DNA of 60,715 nt, the filler included, from Stramenopiles sp. TOSAG23-6 (Eukaryota): NCBI GenBank assembly GCA_900128565.1. It is 15 parts of 15 records of this genome, joined end to end, with 100 filler letters (N's around TTAATTAATTAA, not from the genome) between each part and the next. Parts side by side here need not be neighbours in the genome. Positions count along the whole stretch, not along the records: positions 36,549 to 40,501 come from LT637317.1; positions 40,602 to 44,550 come from LT637318.1; positions 44,651 to 48,599 come from LT637319.1; positions 48,700 to 52,640 come from LT637320.1; 11 more parts are not named here. The stretch is one strand, 5' to 3'. The position numbers and the translations under genes are program-made. This document shows, piece after piece, positions 36,602 to 48,700 of this stretch (position 1 is its first letter; the number at the start of each line of letters is the position of its first letter). A model generated the notes under the pieces. That model was given only the letters and a program-made list of their open reading frames with translations. It had not been told where the DNA came from and did no database searches.

Positions 36602-38495
36602 ATGAAAAGAGCCGTTGCCTATCTTTTACCATTTATGGAGAAAGAAAAACAATTAAAGCAACAAAATTCTAAGGAAATCAGTTCATACGCTGGAAGTATA
36701 TTACTCGCTACTGTCAAAGGCGATGTCCATGATATTGGAAAAAACATTGTTGGGGTTGTTCTTGGTTGTAATAACTACAAAATTCATGTATGTTTTATTT
36801 TTTTTTTTTTGTATGAATTTATTTTTTTTTCGTAGGAAATTTTGTACCTAACATTTTTTTTTTTTTTTTTGAAATATTTTTCCAAAATATATGATCTTGG
36901 AGTGATGGTTTCGTGTGAAACTATTCTATCTGAAGCTAAACGATTAAATGTTGATATCATTGGATTATCCGGATTAATTACTCCTTCATTAGATGAAATG
37001 TGCCACGTGGCAAAGGAAATGAAACGTGCAGGCCTTGACATTCCTTTGCTAATAGGTGGGGCAACTACATCTCGAATGCATACAGCTGTTAAAATCGCAC
37101 CACATTATTGTACTGTAGACCATCCCGTCCTACATGTGTTGGATGCATCAAAATCGGTTGTCGTTGTTTCTTCTTTATTAAATCCAAATAAAGATGTTAG
37201 AACAGATTTTGTGGAAGATCAAATGGAGTTATATGAAGATATGCGTGAAGACTATTATCAAGGACTTTCTGATAGATCATTGATGTCTTTTACAAAAGCA
37301 TGCAAACATCGATTAAACATCAATTGGAAGACGTGTACAGTGAATGATAATCAGTCAAACGTACCGAAAGAAAAGAATAGTAAATCATTGGAATGTGTGA
37401 TTCAGACACCTCCTCTTAACTCTGGTCAAGTTCACACTGAAATAGGAAAGGTTGAACTTGAAAGTCTTTTGCCTTTTATAGATTGGCATCCTTTTTTTCA
37501 AACTTGGGAGTTACGTGGTCGATATCCAAATCGAGGATTTCCACAAATATTCAATGATAAAATAGTTGGCGAAGAAGCAAAGAAGTTGTTTAATGATGTA
37601 CGTTTTATTTTTTTTAAATTTGATTTTTTTTTCGTACGAAATTTTGTACCTAACGAAAAAACATTTGAAATATTTTTCCAAAATACATGCACAAGAGATG
37701 ATAAAAGAAATTATTAAAGGAAAGTTATTGGAACTAAGAGCTGTACATGCTGTATATCCTGCAAATGCAGTGACTTCAAATGTTAGTCTTGTCGAGGCTG
37801 GCAATGTCACGAATGATATTGATGTGTATGCCAATGAAAATGAAAGGGAAAATGGAAAAGTTGCAGCAAAGTTTTGTATGTTACGGCAGCAACTTGATAC
37901 TGAAACTGATTCGCCAATGTTGTCTTTGGCAGATTTTGTTGCTCCCCGTAAAACTGATCAAAATGGTCAATTACTGTATAGAGATCACTTGGGAATGTTT
38001 GTAGTTTCAGTATTTGGTTGTGAAAAATTAGTTGCTCGTTATGAAGAGGAGCTTGATGATTATAAGAAGATTATGGTGCAAGCAATATCAGATAGATTTG
38101 CTGAAGCGTATGCTGAAGAATTACATCGCCGGATTAGACAAAAAACGTGGGGATACGCAAAAGAAGAGCAACTCAATCATTCTGAACTATTAAAACTAAA
38201 GTACCAAGGTATTAGACCAGCTCCGGGATATCCGTCACAACCCGACCATACGGAAAAAAAAACAATGTGGAAATTAATGGATGTAGAAGCAAAATCTGGA
38301 ATTATTTTAACTGACTCACTTGCTATGAAGCCAGCATCATCAGTTTCAGCTTTAGTGTTTGGAAATGCTGTCTCTGAATATTTTGCTGTTGGTCATATAA
38401 ATAAAGATCAAGTGGAATCATATTCAATTAGGAAGAGTATGACCGTCAGTGAATGTGAAAAGTGGTTAGCTCCAATACTAAATTACGATCCATAA
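36602..38495 (+). CDS. metH: Cobalamin-dependent methionine synthase, C-terminal half
   Basis: '[25 protein letters not shown]', '[13 protein letters not shown]', 'LIGGATTS', '[19 protein letters not shown]'; introns 36788-36892, 37598-37688. Confidence 0.97.
36788..36892 (+). mobile_element. Introner-like intron GT...AT in MetH
   Basis: CAT|GTATGT...CCAAAATAT-AT|GAT gives NNYKIHDLGVMV. Confidence 0.9.
37598..37688 (+). mobile_element. Introner-like intron GT...AT in MetH, no AG anywhere in it
   Basis: GAT|GTACGT...CCAAAATAC-AT|GCA gives [12 protein letters not shown]. Confidence 0.9.
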
Positions 38496-38673
38496 CAATG
38501 AGTATGAGTTCAGTATTGAACTGAAACAACAAGGTAGACTCCACTTATGCTGTATAATTTGTACTACATGATAACGGAAATAAACATTTTATAACATTAT
38601 TTGTCTTAAAAACTACTTTCTTATCAAAAAATCGTAGACGACTTAAATTTCTTCCATCAATAATTTAATGATT

Positions 38674-39159
38674 CTACTTTTTTGGATTGGATTTTAGTCC
38701 AGAGCCAGGTGTTTTGATGCCTTGATTCTGGGGTAATTTTGCGTTTGCTGCCATAGCTGCTGCATTAGGATACATTCCTTGACCCATCATTCCTTGACCC
38801 ATCATTCCTTGACCCATCATTCCTTGAGGCATTCCTCCGTACCTCATACTTTCCGTCGCCATCTGCGGCTGCCTCTGCATCATCTGCCTCTGCATCATTT
38901 GCCTCTGCATCATCTGCCTCTGCATCATCTGATTTTGCATCATCTGATTTTGCATCATCTGCTGCTGCGGCATCATCTGCTGCTGCTGCGGCATCATCTG
39001 TTCCATCATAGGCCGCTGCCACTGCTGCGGCATCATCGGCATCATCATCCGCTGCTGCTGCTGCGGCACCATATTTTCTAGCCCTCTACCACGAATAAAT
39101 TCTGAATGCACGAAGTGAACACATTGCAGTGACATTATTGCCGAAAGTATTACTCTCAT
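38674..39159 (-). CDS. Small secreted Gln/Met-rich repeat protein
   Basis: Signal peptide, then 15-bp repeats encoding QMMQR/QMMQN and GMMGQ. Confidence 0.75.
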   Translation of the reverse strand: MRVILSAIMSLQCVHFVHSEFIRGRGLENMVPQQQQRMMMPMMPQQWQRPMMEQMMPQQQQMMPQQQMMQNQMMQNQMMQRQMMQRQMMQRQMMQRQPQMATESMRYGGMPQGMMGQGMMGQGMMGQGMYPNAAAMAANAKLPQNQGIKTPGSGLKSNPKK

Positions 39160-39528
39160 CTTCAGTGTTGAGTTTGCAAAGATGATAATAAAATACGCGA
39201 GCTAGATAAGATCTTCTAAATTTTTTCGACGCAAAGAAGCGATTCAAAACAATTTTTGTTTTTTTGAAAAATTTTCTTCTCTTCTCACTTGGACAGACCT
39301 GCTTTTCGTTTTTTAGAGGAGCGAAAAACTTTTCTCTTCTTCTTTTTGCTTTTTCTCTTTTTTCCCACTGTTGTATATACCAGTCGTACACTGTACTACA
39401 ATACGTATATATTTTATTTTATACACACAACTCAAATTCTGATTTTTAATTTGTAGAACTAGTAAACATGCTATAAACTATTTTCTCTGGTATACAAATA
39501 TCTATAACTACATAGATATATTCCCATT

Positions 39529-40414
39529 ATGGCGAGAGAAAAGCCTAAAGGTGTAAAAAAACATCATAAAGGTGAAGCTGCAGCGCATAAAGGTGCGGCT
39601 GCAGCCCTCTCCAGTATCGTTAAAGATAGTATAATAAAAAAAGGCTCATCATCTGGACGCGTAAATAAAAAGCCGAAGCGAAAGAAGGGATTTTGGTTAA
39701 AGGCTTGGTACGATCCACTGGCAGTTACTCAAGCATATACGGAGTGTGTTCGTTTTGCAGATGTTTTAGGAAATGGCGACTATCATTTAATCGTAGCTAC
39801 GTTAGATAGAAAGTTAAAACTATTTCGTGGAGTTCAACTTACTGCAGAGCATAAACTGATGGCAATGCCTGTCGCAATGTGCACATTATATATTGATGCA
39901 CTTACGGATAAAACTCCTGCTGTTGCAGTCGCCTCTGGCCCATATGTATTCATCTATCGAAATCTTCATCCATTTTTCAAGTTTACAATTCCACCTGAAA
40001 TACTTGATGAAAAAGAAATGAAATTGTGGACTGATCTATCCACTGGAAACTCATCAGATAATGACAAAACCTTCTTTCGAAATCTGTCTAAAATAAGGGA
40101 TGATGGAGCTTCACTGTCATGTACGTTTTATAAAATTTCTAATTTAATTTTTTTCATACGAAATTTCGTACCTAACGATTTTAATTTTTGAAATATTTTT
40201 TCATAATCCATTTAGATCACTTCAATTATTAGCGATCGAAGACACTGCGGAACGGACTCTCTTTATTAACAAATATAAAAATACTCCTTTGGTTCAAAAG
40301 ACAGTTATAACTTGTATGGAAGTCCTGTCAAAAGATAGTGATGAAGAAATATGTACCAGCAGACTTGTGATTGGAACTGAAAATAAGCAAATACTCATTG
40401 TAAATCCAGTCAAT
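39529..40414 (+). CDS. BBS1: Bardet-Biedl syndrome 1 protein, 5' part
   Basis: 'WLKAWYDPLA', 'PAVAVASGPYVFIYRNLHPFFKFTIP', 'TVITCM..SRLVIGTENKQILI'; intron 40121-40211. Confidence 0.93.
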
Positions 40415-40666
40415 GTATATTTTATTTTTTTTCAAATTCGATTTTTTTTTCGTACGAAATTTTGTACCTAATGATTTTTTTTTGAAATATTTTTCCAAAA
40501 TNNNNNNNNNNNNNNNNNNNNNNNNNNNNNNNNNNNNNNNNNNNNTTAATTAATTAANNNNNNNNNNNNNNNNNNNNNNNNNNNNNNNNNNNNNNNNNNN
40601 NAAAATCGTTAGGTACAAAATTTCGTACGAAAAATAAATTCGAAATTGAAAAAAAATAAATCATAC

Positions 40667-41511
40667 ATGTTTGACACCACCAATACCTGCTACATCGTCA
40701 GATTCATTAGCGTATAAATCAATATAAGTCAAATCTTTATTATCCGCATTTTCCTTACTCCATGTGCAATGAAAAAATATTTTAGAAAAAACATCGTTAG
40801 GTACAATTTTTTTTACCAAAACAAACTAAAAACTAACTCAAAAGAAAAGCGTTAGGTACAAAATTTCGTATGAAAAAAAAATGAAATTCATGGTGAAAAC
40901 GTACATGCTTCTTTACCATTTGCTTTACCAGTTTTTAAATTTAGAGTAAATTTTATTCGAGCAGAACTTGCGTGCTGATCATATGCATCTGCATTATCAT
41001 TGCCACCATATGCAGCTAAGAGATTCATTCTTTTTAGAGAATCTATTAAAAGTGGTCGATCGTTTGAGTCATTCGTTTTCAATTTTCTACTCACGACGAG
41101 AAGAGTATACCCATCAACCTCTTGACCAAAGTGAAGCGTCCAATCTTGACAACCATCTTTTAGGGGTGTAGTATTTCCAATTGCATGATAGTCTCCGATA
41201 TGGGCTTTTCCGTTTGCGACATGACCAATAAGAATATCAGAACCTAACATACCAGCTGCTTCAGCAATACCTAAACCAACCCATCCAGTGGTTTTAGCTT
41301 CAATAGCGATATATATGTCATTCGTATCCAACGCCCACGTCATGGACCATGGGATATTTTCGGAAGGTGTAAATGAGAGCGTGCTGGTCAATCCGCTGTA
41401 TTTTTTTACTAAATCGGAAGGCGTCGAGGTGAAAGCTGGTGAAGCAGTTACGAAATGGACAACAACTGCCAATACAAACGTCCGGATTAAGAGAACAAAT
41501 TTCATGGTCAT
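40667..41511 (-). CDS. Secreted DOMON-domain protein (DBH-like monooxygenase type), 5' part
   Basis: Signal peptide; 'TTGWVGLGIAEAAGMLGSDILIG..DY..P..D..QDW..SRKL.T.D.ND'; intron 40762-40904. Confidence 0.82.
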
Positions 41512-41945
41512 TATTATTAATGAAACTTTGACGAAAACAATACAAAGTTAGAGGATCCTCACAGAGATTATATCGGTAACCTAGTCTTTGCGGGACAATA
41601 AAGAAATATTCAATTACTTACTAGGGCTAGTAAATTTCTATTTAGAAGTCAAGAGAGCGAGCCATTGATTCAACTTTTGACAAGCGGCAAGCGGTTTTGT
41701 TTTGTATCTACTAATTTTGTTAGGTACAGAATTTTATAGCAATGTAGGGTAACGGAAAAATATAAATATTATTTTGATGGCTTATGCTTAAAATATCGTT
41801 ATGGTCAACATTACACACGTCATCCCCCAGTCCCCAGGTGAAGATTCTTAAAAGATTATCAGGACTCATCAGAGATCTCATCATACTTTATAATTTATTT
41901 TCTTGCAGCCCTAGAATTAAGTATCATAATACATCACGATATAGC

Positions 41946-43351
41946 ATGCCAAAAACACTTCGTCGGTATTCTAAGCGTCGAGCAACACACGCTGGCTCCT
42001 GGTATTCGGATGACCCAGAATATTTAGTCGCTCAAATGCAGGGTTGGATAGCAGCTGCAAATGCTGATTTAACTCAAGCTCACCAAGGCTCACCTGTACG
42101 CGCAATTATCGGTCCTCATGCAGGATATACCTATAGCGGTGAAACAGCTGCTTATGCTTACAAATATATCAAACCCACAGATGTAAAGCGTGTGTTTTTA
42201 TTAGGACCCTCTCATAAATTTTATTCTGACAAGTGTCTATTGTCGATGGCTGACTTATACGAAACTCCTCTCGGAGATATTCCTGTTGATAAAGAAATAC
42301 GAGATGAACTAATGACAACAGGATTATTTGATTACATGGATCGAAGAGTTGATGAAGATGAACACAGTTTAGAATTACATTTGCCGTATATTGTATTATC
42401 GATGAAAAAACAACCATTCAAACTTGTCCCTATAATGGTTGGCAGTACTTCAACAGAATTAGAATCTATGTATGGTCATATATTAGCAAAATATCTCGAT
42501 GACCCATCAAATATCTTTATAATTAGTTCAGATTTTTGTCACTGGGGATCGCGTTTTGATTTCCAGTGGTCAGATCGATCTCTTGGACCAATTTATAAGT
42601 CCATTGAATGGCTTGACAAGAGAGGCATGGAACTTATCTATACGTTTTTTTCATACGAAATTTTGTACCTAACGATTTTTTTTTCGTAACAAATTTTTTT
42701 AATGTTTATAATGTTATCATGAATTTTTGAATTTTTACNTTTTTTTTTTTTTTTTTTTTTTTTTCGTACTTGCTATATTCTGTACCTAACGATTTTATTT
42801 TACTGAAAAAAAAATATTTTTTCACAATCAACCCTCTTGTAATGTACGTTTTCATTATGAATGTCAAATTTATTTTTTTTTTTTACAAAAAAATTGAATT
42901 TTTTTTTCGTACGAAATGTTGTACCTAACAAATTTCGAATCTAATTTTTTTTACAATGCATGTACGATCGTGGAATGAGTATCTTGTAGAATATGGAAAT
43001 ACTATTTGTGGTCGAAATCCTATCAGCATTATGTACATTTTCATAATTAATTTCAAATTAATTTTTTTTTTTTAAGAATTTTGTAAACAAAAAAGATTTT
43101 TTTTTTTGATTTTTTTTTTGATTTTTTTTTTTTTTTTGGCATGAAAATTTCGTACCTAACAAATTTCGAATTTGAAATATTGTTTTTCACAATACATGAT
43201 GAAAGCAATACAAAAAAGCTCTGTAGGATTTGATATTATTTTTGTAAAATATGCACAGTCAAATCAGTGTCTTTGTGATCAAGACACTTCTGTCTCATAT
43301 GCATCTGCTGTAGTGACTGGTAAATATCAATGTATCCCTATTAGTAAATAA
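41946..43351 (+). CDS. MEMO1: MEMO1 (AmmeMemoRadiSam protein B), 4 exons including an 11-nt micro-exon
   Basis: 'ATHAGSWY', 'PHAGYTYSG', 'EDEHSLELHLP', 'SSDFCHWG', 'NTICGRNPI', 'DTSVSYAS'; introns 42640-42832, 42844-42961, 43033-43197. Confidence 0.95.
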
Positions 43352-43623
43352 ATTTTTTTTTTTTTAAATTTTTTTGACTACTATAGATTTTTGTGCCAAA
43401 ATAAGAAAATCGAAAAATTGGCCTAAATTAAAAATTTTGCTCAAAGCTTATAGGGTTAGAGGGCTAAAAACGATTCACAACAACAACATTTCATTTGCAC
43501 GAACTGACGCCGAACTGACCGGTCTCCTAGCTAGTAGCGAAGCCTTGCTTATTAATAAACAAGTCTACCTGTGTATCTGTATTATCATTTCACTACTATT
43601 GGAGTGTGTGATATACTTTAGTA

Positions 43624-44491
43624 ATGTCTTCTGATACTGCATTAGCTGTAACAAATGAAGATCTGTATGCAATATTAGGTGTGTCTCGCAGTGCAACTCA
43701 ATCGGAGATAAAGAAATCATTTCGTAAGCTAGCTCTCAAAAATCATCCTGACAAAGGTGGAAATCCTGAAACATTTAAGAGCATTTCTACAGCTTATGCT
43801 ATTCTCAGTGATCCTGAGAAGCGACGCAAGTATGATGTGGGTGGTACAGATGCTATTGATATGGAAGGCATAAATATTAGTGAACTTGGCTTTGGTGGTA
43901 AATTAGTGACTGCCTTATTTAGTAAGGTTGGTCTTGAACTTCCTACAACCGTACCTGAGTCTATTTTACAGCAAGCTCGTGATGGACCCAAGAGTTGTAT
44001 GATTTTGGAATCTGGTGCAGATTGCGGTCATCGCAATTCTGTCGCCAAAGGTACTGCACACTTCTTTAAAGTTAGAGTGACTGCTGAGATGTTAAAACAA
44101 GGGTTTGTTGTGCGATTAACCTCGACTAATGATAGTAAGTTAAAGTTGCTTCGTTTTGCCTCTGAAGGTGACGGACGTTTGGTATGGGCTCTCAACACAC
44201 ATAAATCTAAATATCATGGTACGTATGCTGATATGCGTTTTCTTCCATTTGATCAATATGAATACGAACAGGGACTTAATCCTGCAGCCATTAGTAACAT
44301 GTATATTTTCATCATGAATTTCGAATTTATTTTTTTTTCGTACGAAAATTTTGTCGTAACGATTTTTTTTTTGAAATACTTTTTCACAGTACATGAAGGA
44401 AGAATTATTTTGTAGACTAGATTCATATCGTTTACAACCAAGATCTGAAAGAGTTCCTGGAATGTGGATGTTTGCAGCGATGGGTAATAAT
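43624..44491 (+). CDS. DnaJ protein, ARG1/ATJ15-16-like, 3' truncated
   Basis: J-domain HPD; '[14 protein letters not shown]', 'AHFF', 'SKLKLLRF', 'LFCRLD'; intron 44301-44394. Confidence 0.82.
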
Positions 44492-44650
44492 GTACGTTTT
44501 ATTTTTTTTTCAAATTCGAATTTTTTTTTCGTACGAAATTTTGTACCTAANNNNNNNNNNNNNNNNNNNNNNNNNNNNNNNNNNNNNNNNNNNNTTAATT
44601 AATTAANNNNNNNNNNNNNNNNNNNNNNNNNNNNNNNNNNNNNNNNNNNN

Positions 44651-44711
<61 letters not shown>

Positions 44712-44764
44712 AACAATTATACCTAATCATGTTCAAAATTTTAAAATATTTTTCATCAATAAAT

Positions 44765-47700
44765 GCATCAGGTAAAGAAATTGATATTAAAATTAAAATA
44801 TGTATTCAAGATCCAGTCAGTGATTTGAATGCAAGTCAAGGAGTATTCAATATTGAAAGTGTTCAAGAGTCTTTTGATAGGTTATTTCAGTCAATGCTAC
44901 GTGGAGATGTTATAATTGGTCATTTTTTTGGAAATGTGGCTTTATTTATGTCACAAACACGTAAAATTAGAATACAAAAACAACAAGAATATTTACAACA
45001 ACAACAATATTTACAACAACAATATTTACAACAACATCATATACAGCAGCAAAACTGGTACCAACAACAACAACAAGAATATTTACAAAATCAATATCAT
45101 ACAAAATACCAACAACAACAAGATGAACAACAAATTGCAATTGCAAAGGCAAAAATAGTTGCAAACGAAATAGCGACAAAAGTAAAGTCAGATAATGAAG
45201 CTAAAGCGAAAACAAAAACAAAAGCTACTGCTAGATTGATTTCAAATGCTAAAGCTATTGATCCTATTGATGCTGAGAGACACGCTTTTGAAGCAAAAGC
45301 AATTGTAGATGATGTACATGTAAAGGTAACAGAAGCGACAGTAATAGCAGAAGAAGTCGCAAAAGCAGCAGCTGTGGAAGCTGTAATACATGCAGCTGAA
45401 GCACATGCAATAGCAGTTCAAGTAGCTAAAGAAAAAGCACTTGAAATTGCTAAAGTTAAGAAAGCAGAAGAAAAAGCAAGAAAAGATCGAATAGAGAAAT
45501 CAAAAGCAGCAGAAGAAAGAGCAAGAAAAGTTCAAAGTGCTAAAGCAAAAGCAGCTGCTTTAGCAAAGTCAAAGGCAGCAAAAGCTGCGGCAATTGCAAA
45601 AGCAGCAGTTTATTCTGCTAGATCAAAAATAAGAGCAGTTAATTCGACAATACAATCCATTCAAATGGCTAAAAGAAGAGCAGCAAAACAAGCGAAAAAA
45701 AAAGCCAAAGAAGAAGCACAGGAAAAAGCTGAAGCACTTGCAATCCGAAAAGCGACATTTGAAGTTGAGTCTAAAAAAAAGGTTTTTGATGCATTAAATG
45801 AATTACCAATAATGAAAAATATTCTTGAACCTGTTGAAGAGCAACGGATTGAATTTACATTACCTACTTGGAAACAACTTTTACAGAAAGCAAAAGAAGA
45901 TATTCAAAAGGATATTGATAGTGCTGGCAGCTCACCTCATTTGGATAGGTATGTTTTTCAAATGTATTATTTTTGAAATGTATTATGTTTGAAATGTATT
46001 ATTTTTCAAATGTATTATTTTTAAAATATATCTTCATTTCTTCAACAATTGTAAACTAACAAAAAGAAATGAAATTATTAATTTATATTTTCACAATATA
46101 TTACGCGTGATATTTGCTTGTCTCTCATGGCTGGATTACCAAATATTGATATGAAACAAATAAAAAGAAATACAATATTAAATGTTTCAAGTACATCCAA
46201 ATGGTTTTGTATAAATAAACGATACTTGAAAAGGGTTGTATTGATAGAGTATTTAAACTATATTAGAAAAAGACGTATTCAAGAAACTCAAGAAAAACGA
46301 AAACAAAAACAAAAACAAAAACAAAAACAAAAACAAAAACAAAAACGAAAACAAAAACCAAGACAAAAACAAGATCAAAAACAAAAACAAAATCAGTTGT
46401 CTTCACTTGATATGTCACAGGTTACTCAAGCTTTGAAATTTGTCAATGATAAAACATTTGTTTCAGATGGAATGAGTGCAAAACAAAAAAAAAAAAGAGA
46501 GATACAAGAATTAATTAAAAGAAAAAAAGAAAGAGCAGAAGAATATCGAAGACAGAAACAAATTCTTCTTCAACAATCTGAAGCACAAGCAATCGAATTA
46601 TCAGCATTGGTAGCGAAAGCATCAAAAAAACAAAATCTTCTTGAACAATCTGAAGCACAAGCAAACGAATTATCAGCATTGGTAGCATTGGATAAAGAAG
46701 CATCAGAAGAATTGGAAGACATAGCAGAAGGAGTAGTATTAAAACAATTAAAACAAATAAATGAGTTAAAACAGAAACAAATGGAAGAATTAGAAAATGA
46801 GGGAAAATCTTTTCCAAAAGAACAAAAAGTTGTAGATGTCTCTACTCCAAGTGATACAACTAAATTAATTCAAAACATGTTATCACAACAAATGAAACAT
46901 TTACGTATTGAACAACAACGTATTAAAGATGCTTCATATGAAGCACAACAACTTAAACAACAACGTATTGAACAACAAAAACGTATTAAAGATGCTTCAT
47001 ATGAACAACAACGTATTACACAACGTATTGAACAACAAAAACGTATTAAAGATGAACAGTATGTAGTTGCATATCAACAATTAAAAAAAGATCTTTTAAT
47101 TTTATATGGTAAAATTGATACAGCTGAGAAAGAAATACAAAAATCATGTAGGTTTTCATTATTTTTTATTTCATAGACAATTGTATACCTAATACATTCT
47201 TTTTATTTTATTTTGTCTTTTTTTTTGTTTTTTGTTTTATACACATTTTCTTTATCATTTTAAAATTTAACTTCAACGTTTCGTTTTTTTATATATCTAT
47301 TATAATAATTTCAAATCCTTTCTGTTTTTTTTATATTTTCTATATTTTCTATATTTTTAATTTGTTATTATCCAACAATATGTACAAAACCAAAACCAAA
47401 AACAAAAACAAAAAAACTAACAAATATAAAATATAAAATGTAAAATATTGTTTCAAATTACATCACTTGAAGAAGAAAAACTTTATCATCAACATCAAAA
47501 AGATTCTCTAATTGACACAGCAAAACATAAAAAACGTGAATTTGCAAATAAAGACATTCCTTTCGATGTAAAAAATGCAGTATTTGATATACAATTTGAA
47601 AAAGATTTTGAATATCGATGTTTTCATTGGACTTGTGATCAATTCAAACGACGACAGATGAAATTCAATCAATCAAATCAACCATCAATGTATGTTTTAT

Positions 47701-48472
47701 TTTTTTTTTAATTTTTAATTTTTTTTTTCATACGAAATTTTGTACCTAACAAATTTTTTAAATTTTTTTTTTAAATATTTTTCTAAAATACATGATTGCA
47801 AATTGTGAGATTGATTCATTAAAAGATGAGTTTGAAAAAAGTTTTCCAAATCTTTTGGAAGAACAAGATAACAGATGGAATATACTTAAATTAGAATTTC
47901 AAGAAAACTTTTTATTGTTTACACAAAAAGAAGAAGAAATTCAAACTCAACTGTCAAGTATGTTTTATTTTTTTTTCAATTTTGAATTTATTTTTTTTTT
48001 TTGAAAATTTTGTACCTAACAAATTTTCAAAATTTTTTTTTTGAAATATTTTCCAAAGTACAAAAGTTTCAACATCCAAAGAAAAACACTTATTAGAAGA
48101 ATCATCTCAATCAAATATCACTCATTTTGAGAAATATAAAGAAGATTTTTTTAAAACACATCCAGGAGTTATTCCATATATATCAAATGAAGAAAAAAAA
48201 AATGCACAAAAACAAATAATACGTTTCCATTAGGAATTATCAAAAAAAAAAAAAAAAAATGTTTTTTCATAGTAAATTTTGTACCTAACAAAAACAAATC
48301 AATTTTTTTTTTTCATATTTTTTTACATTATTTCATACAAAAGTAAAATATTGGAATCAAATGATCATGGAACACGAAATACAATACAATTTATTATCAC
48401 GTGATAAACGAGCAAAATCATTAACAGATTATATGGATTATAATGCTGCATTACGTTCAGAAGTCGATACAT
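44765..48472 (+). CDS. Large Q/K/A-rich coiled-coil protein, internal exons
   Basis: Frame kept across introns 45949-46101, 47148-47463, 47690-47793, 47958-48063, 48219-48333. Confidence 0.65.
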
Positions 48473-48541
48473 GTTTGTTTTCATCATGAATTTCAAATTT
48501 GTTTATTTTTATTTTTTTTTTCTATGAAAATTTTGTACCAA

Positions 48542-48599
<58 letters not shown>

Positions 48600-48700
48600 N
48601 NNNNNNNNNNNNNNNNNNNNNNNNNNNNNNNNNNNNNNNNNNNTTAATTAATTAANNNNNNNNNNNNNNNNNNNNNNNNNNNNNNNNNNNNNNNNNNNNA

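Noticed and set aside
37596-37686. Reading the family as U12-type AT-AC introns
   Set aside because: No RTATCCTT donor. The AT..AC register breaks DapB DTSGTAK and DRC7 HCWV, and several copies would end CC, GC or AA. One weak contrary case: MCM9 16441 gives LHT in that register versus LHN.
32918-38495. DapB plus MetH as an amino-acid biosynthesis cluster
   Set aside because: Different contigs separated by the linker at 36493.
36602-38495. Pseudogene or alternative genetic code explanation for broken ORFs
   Set aside because: All breaks coincide with family inserts; exons are stop-free and end at normal stops.
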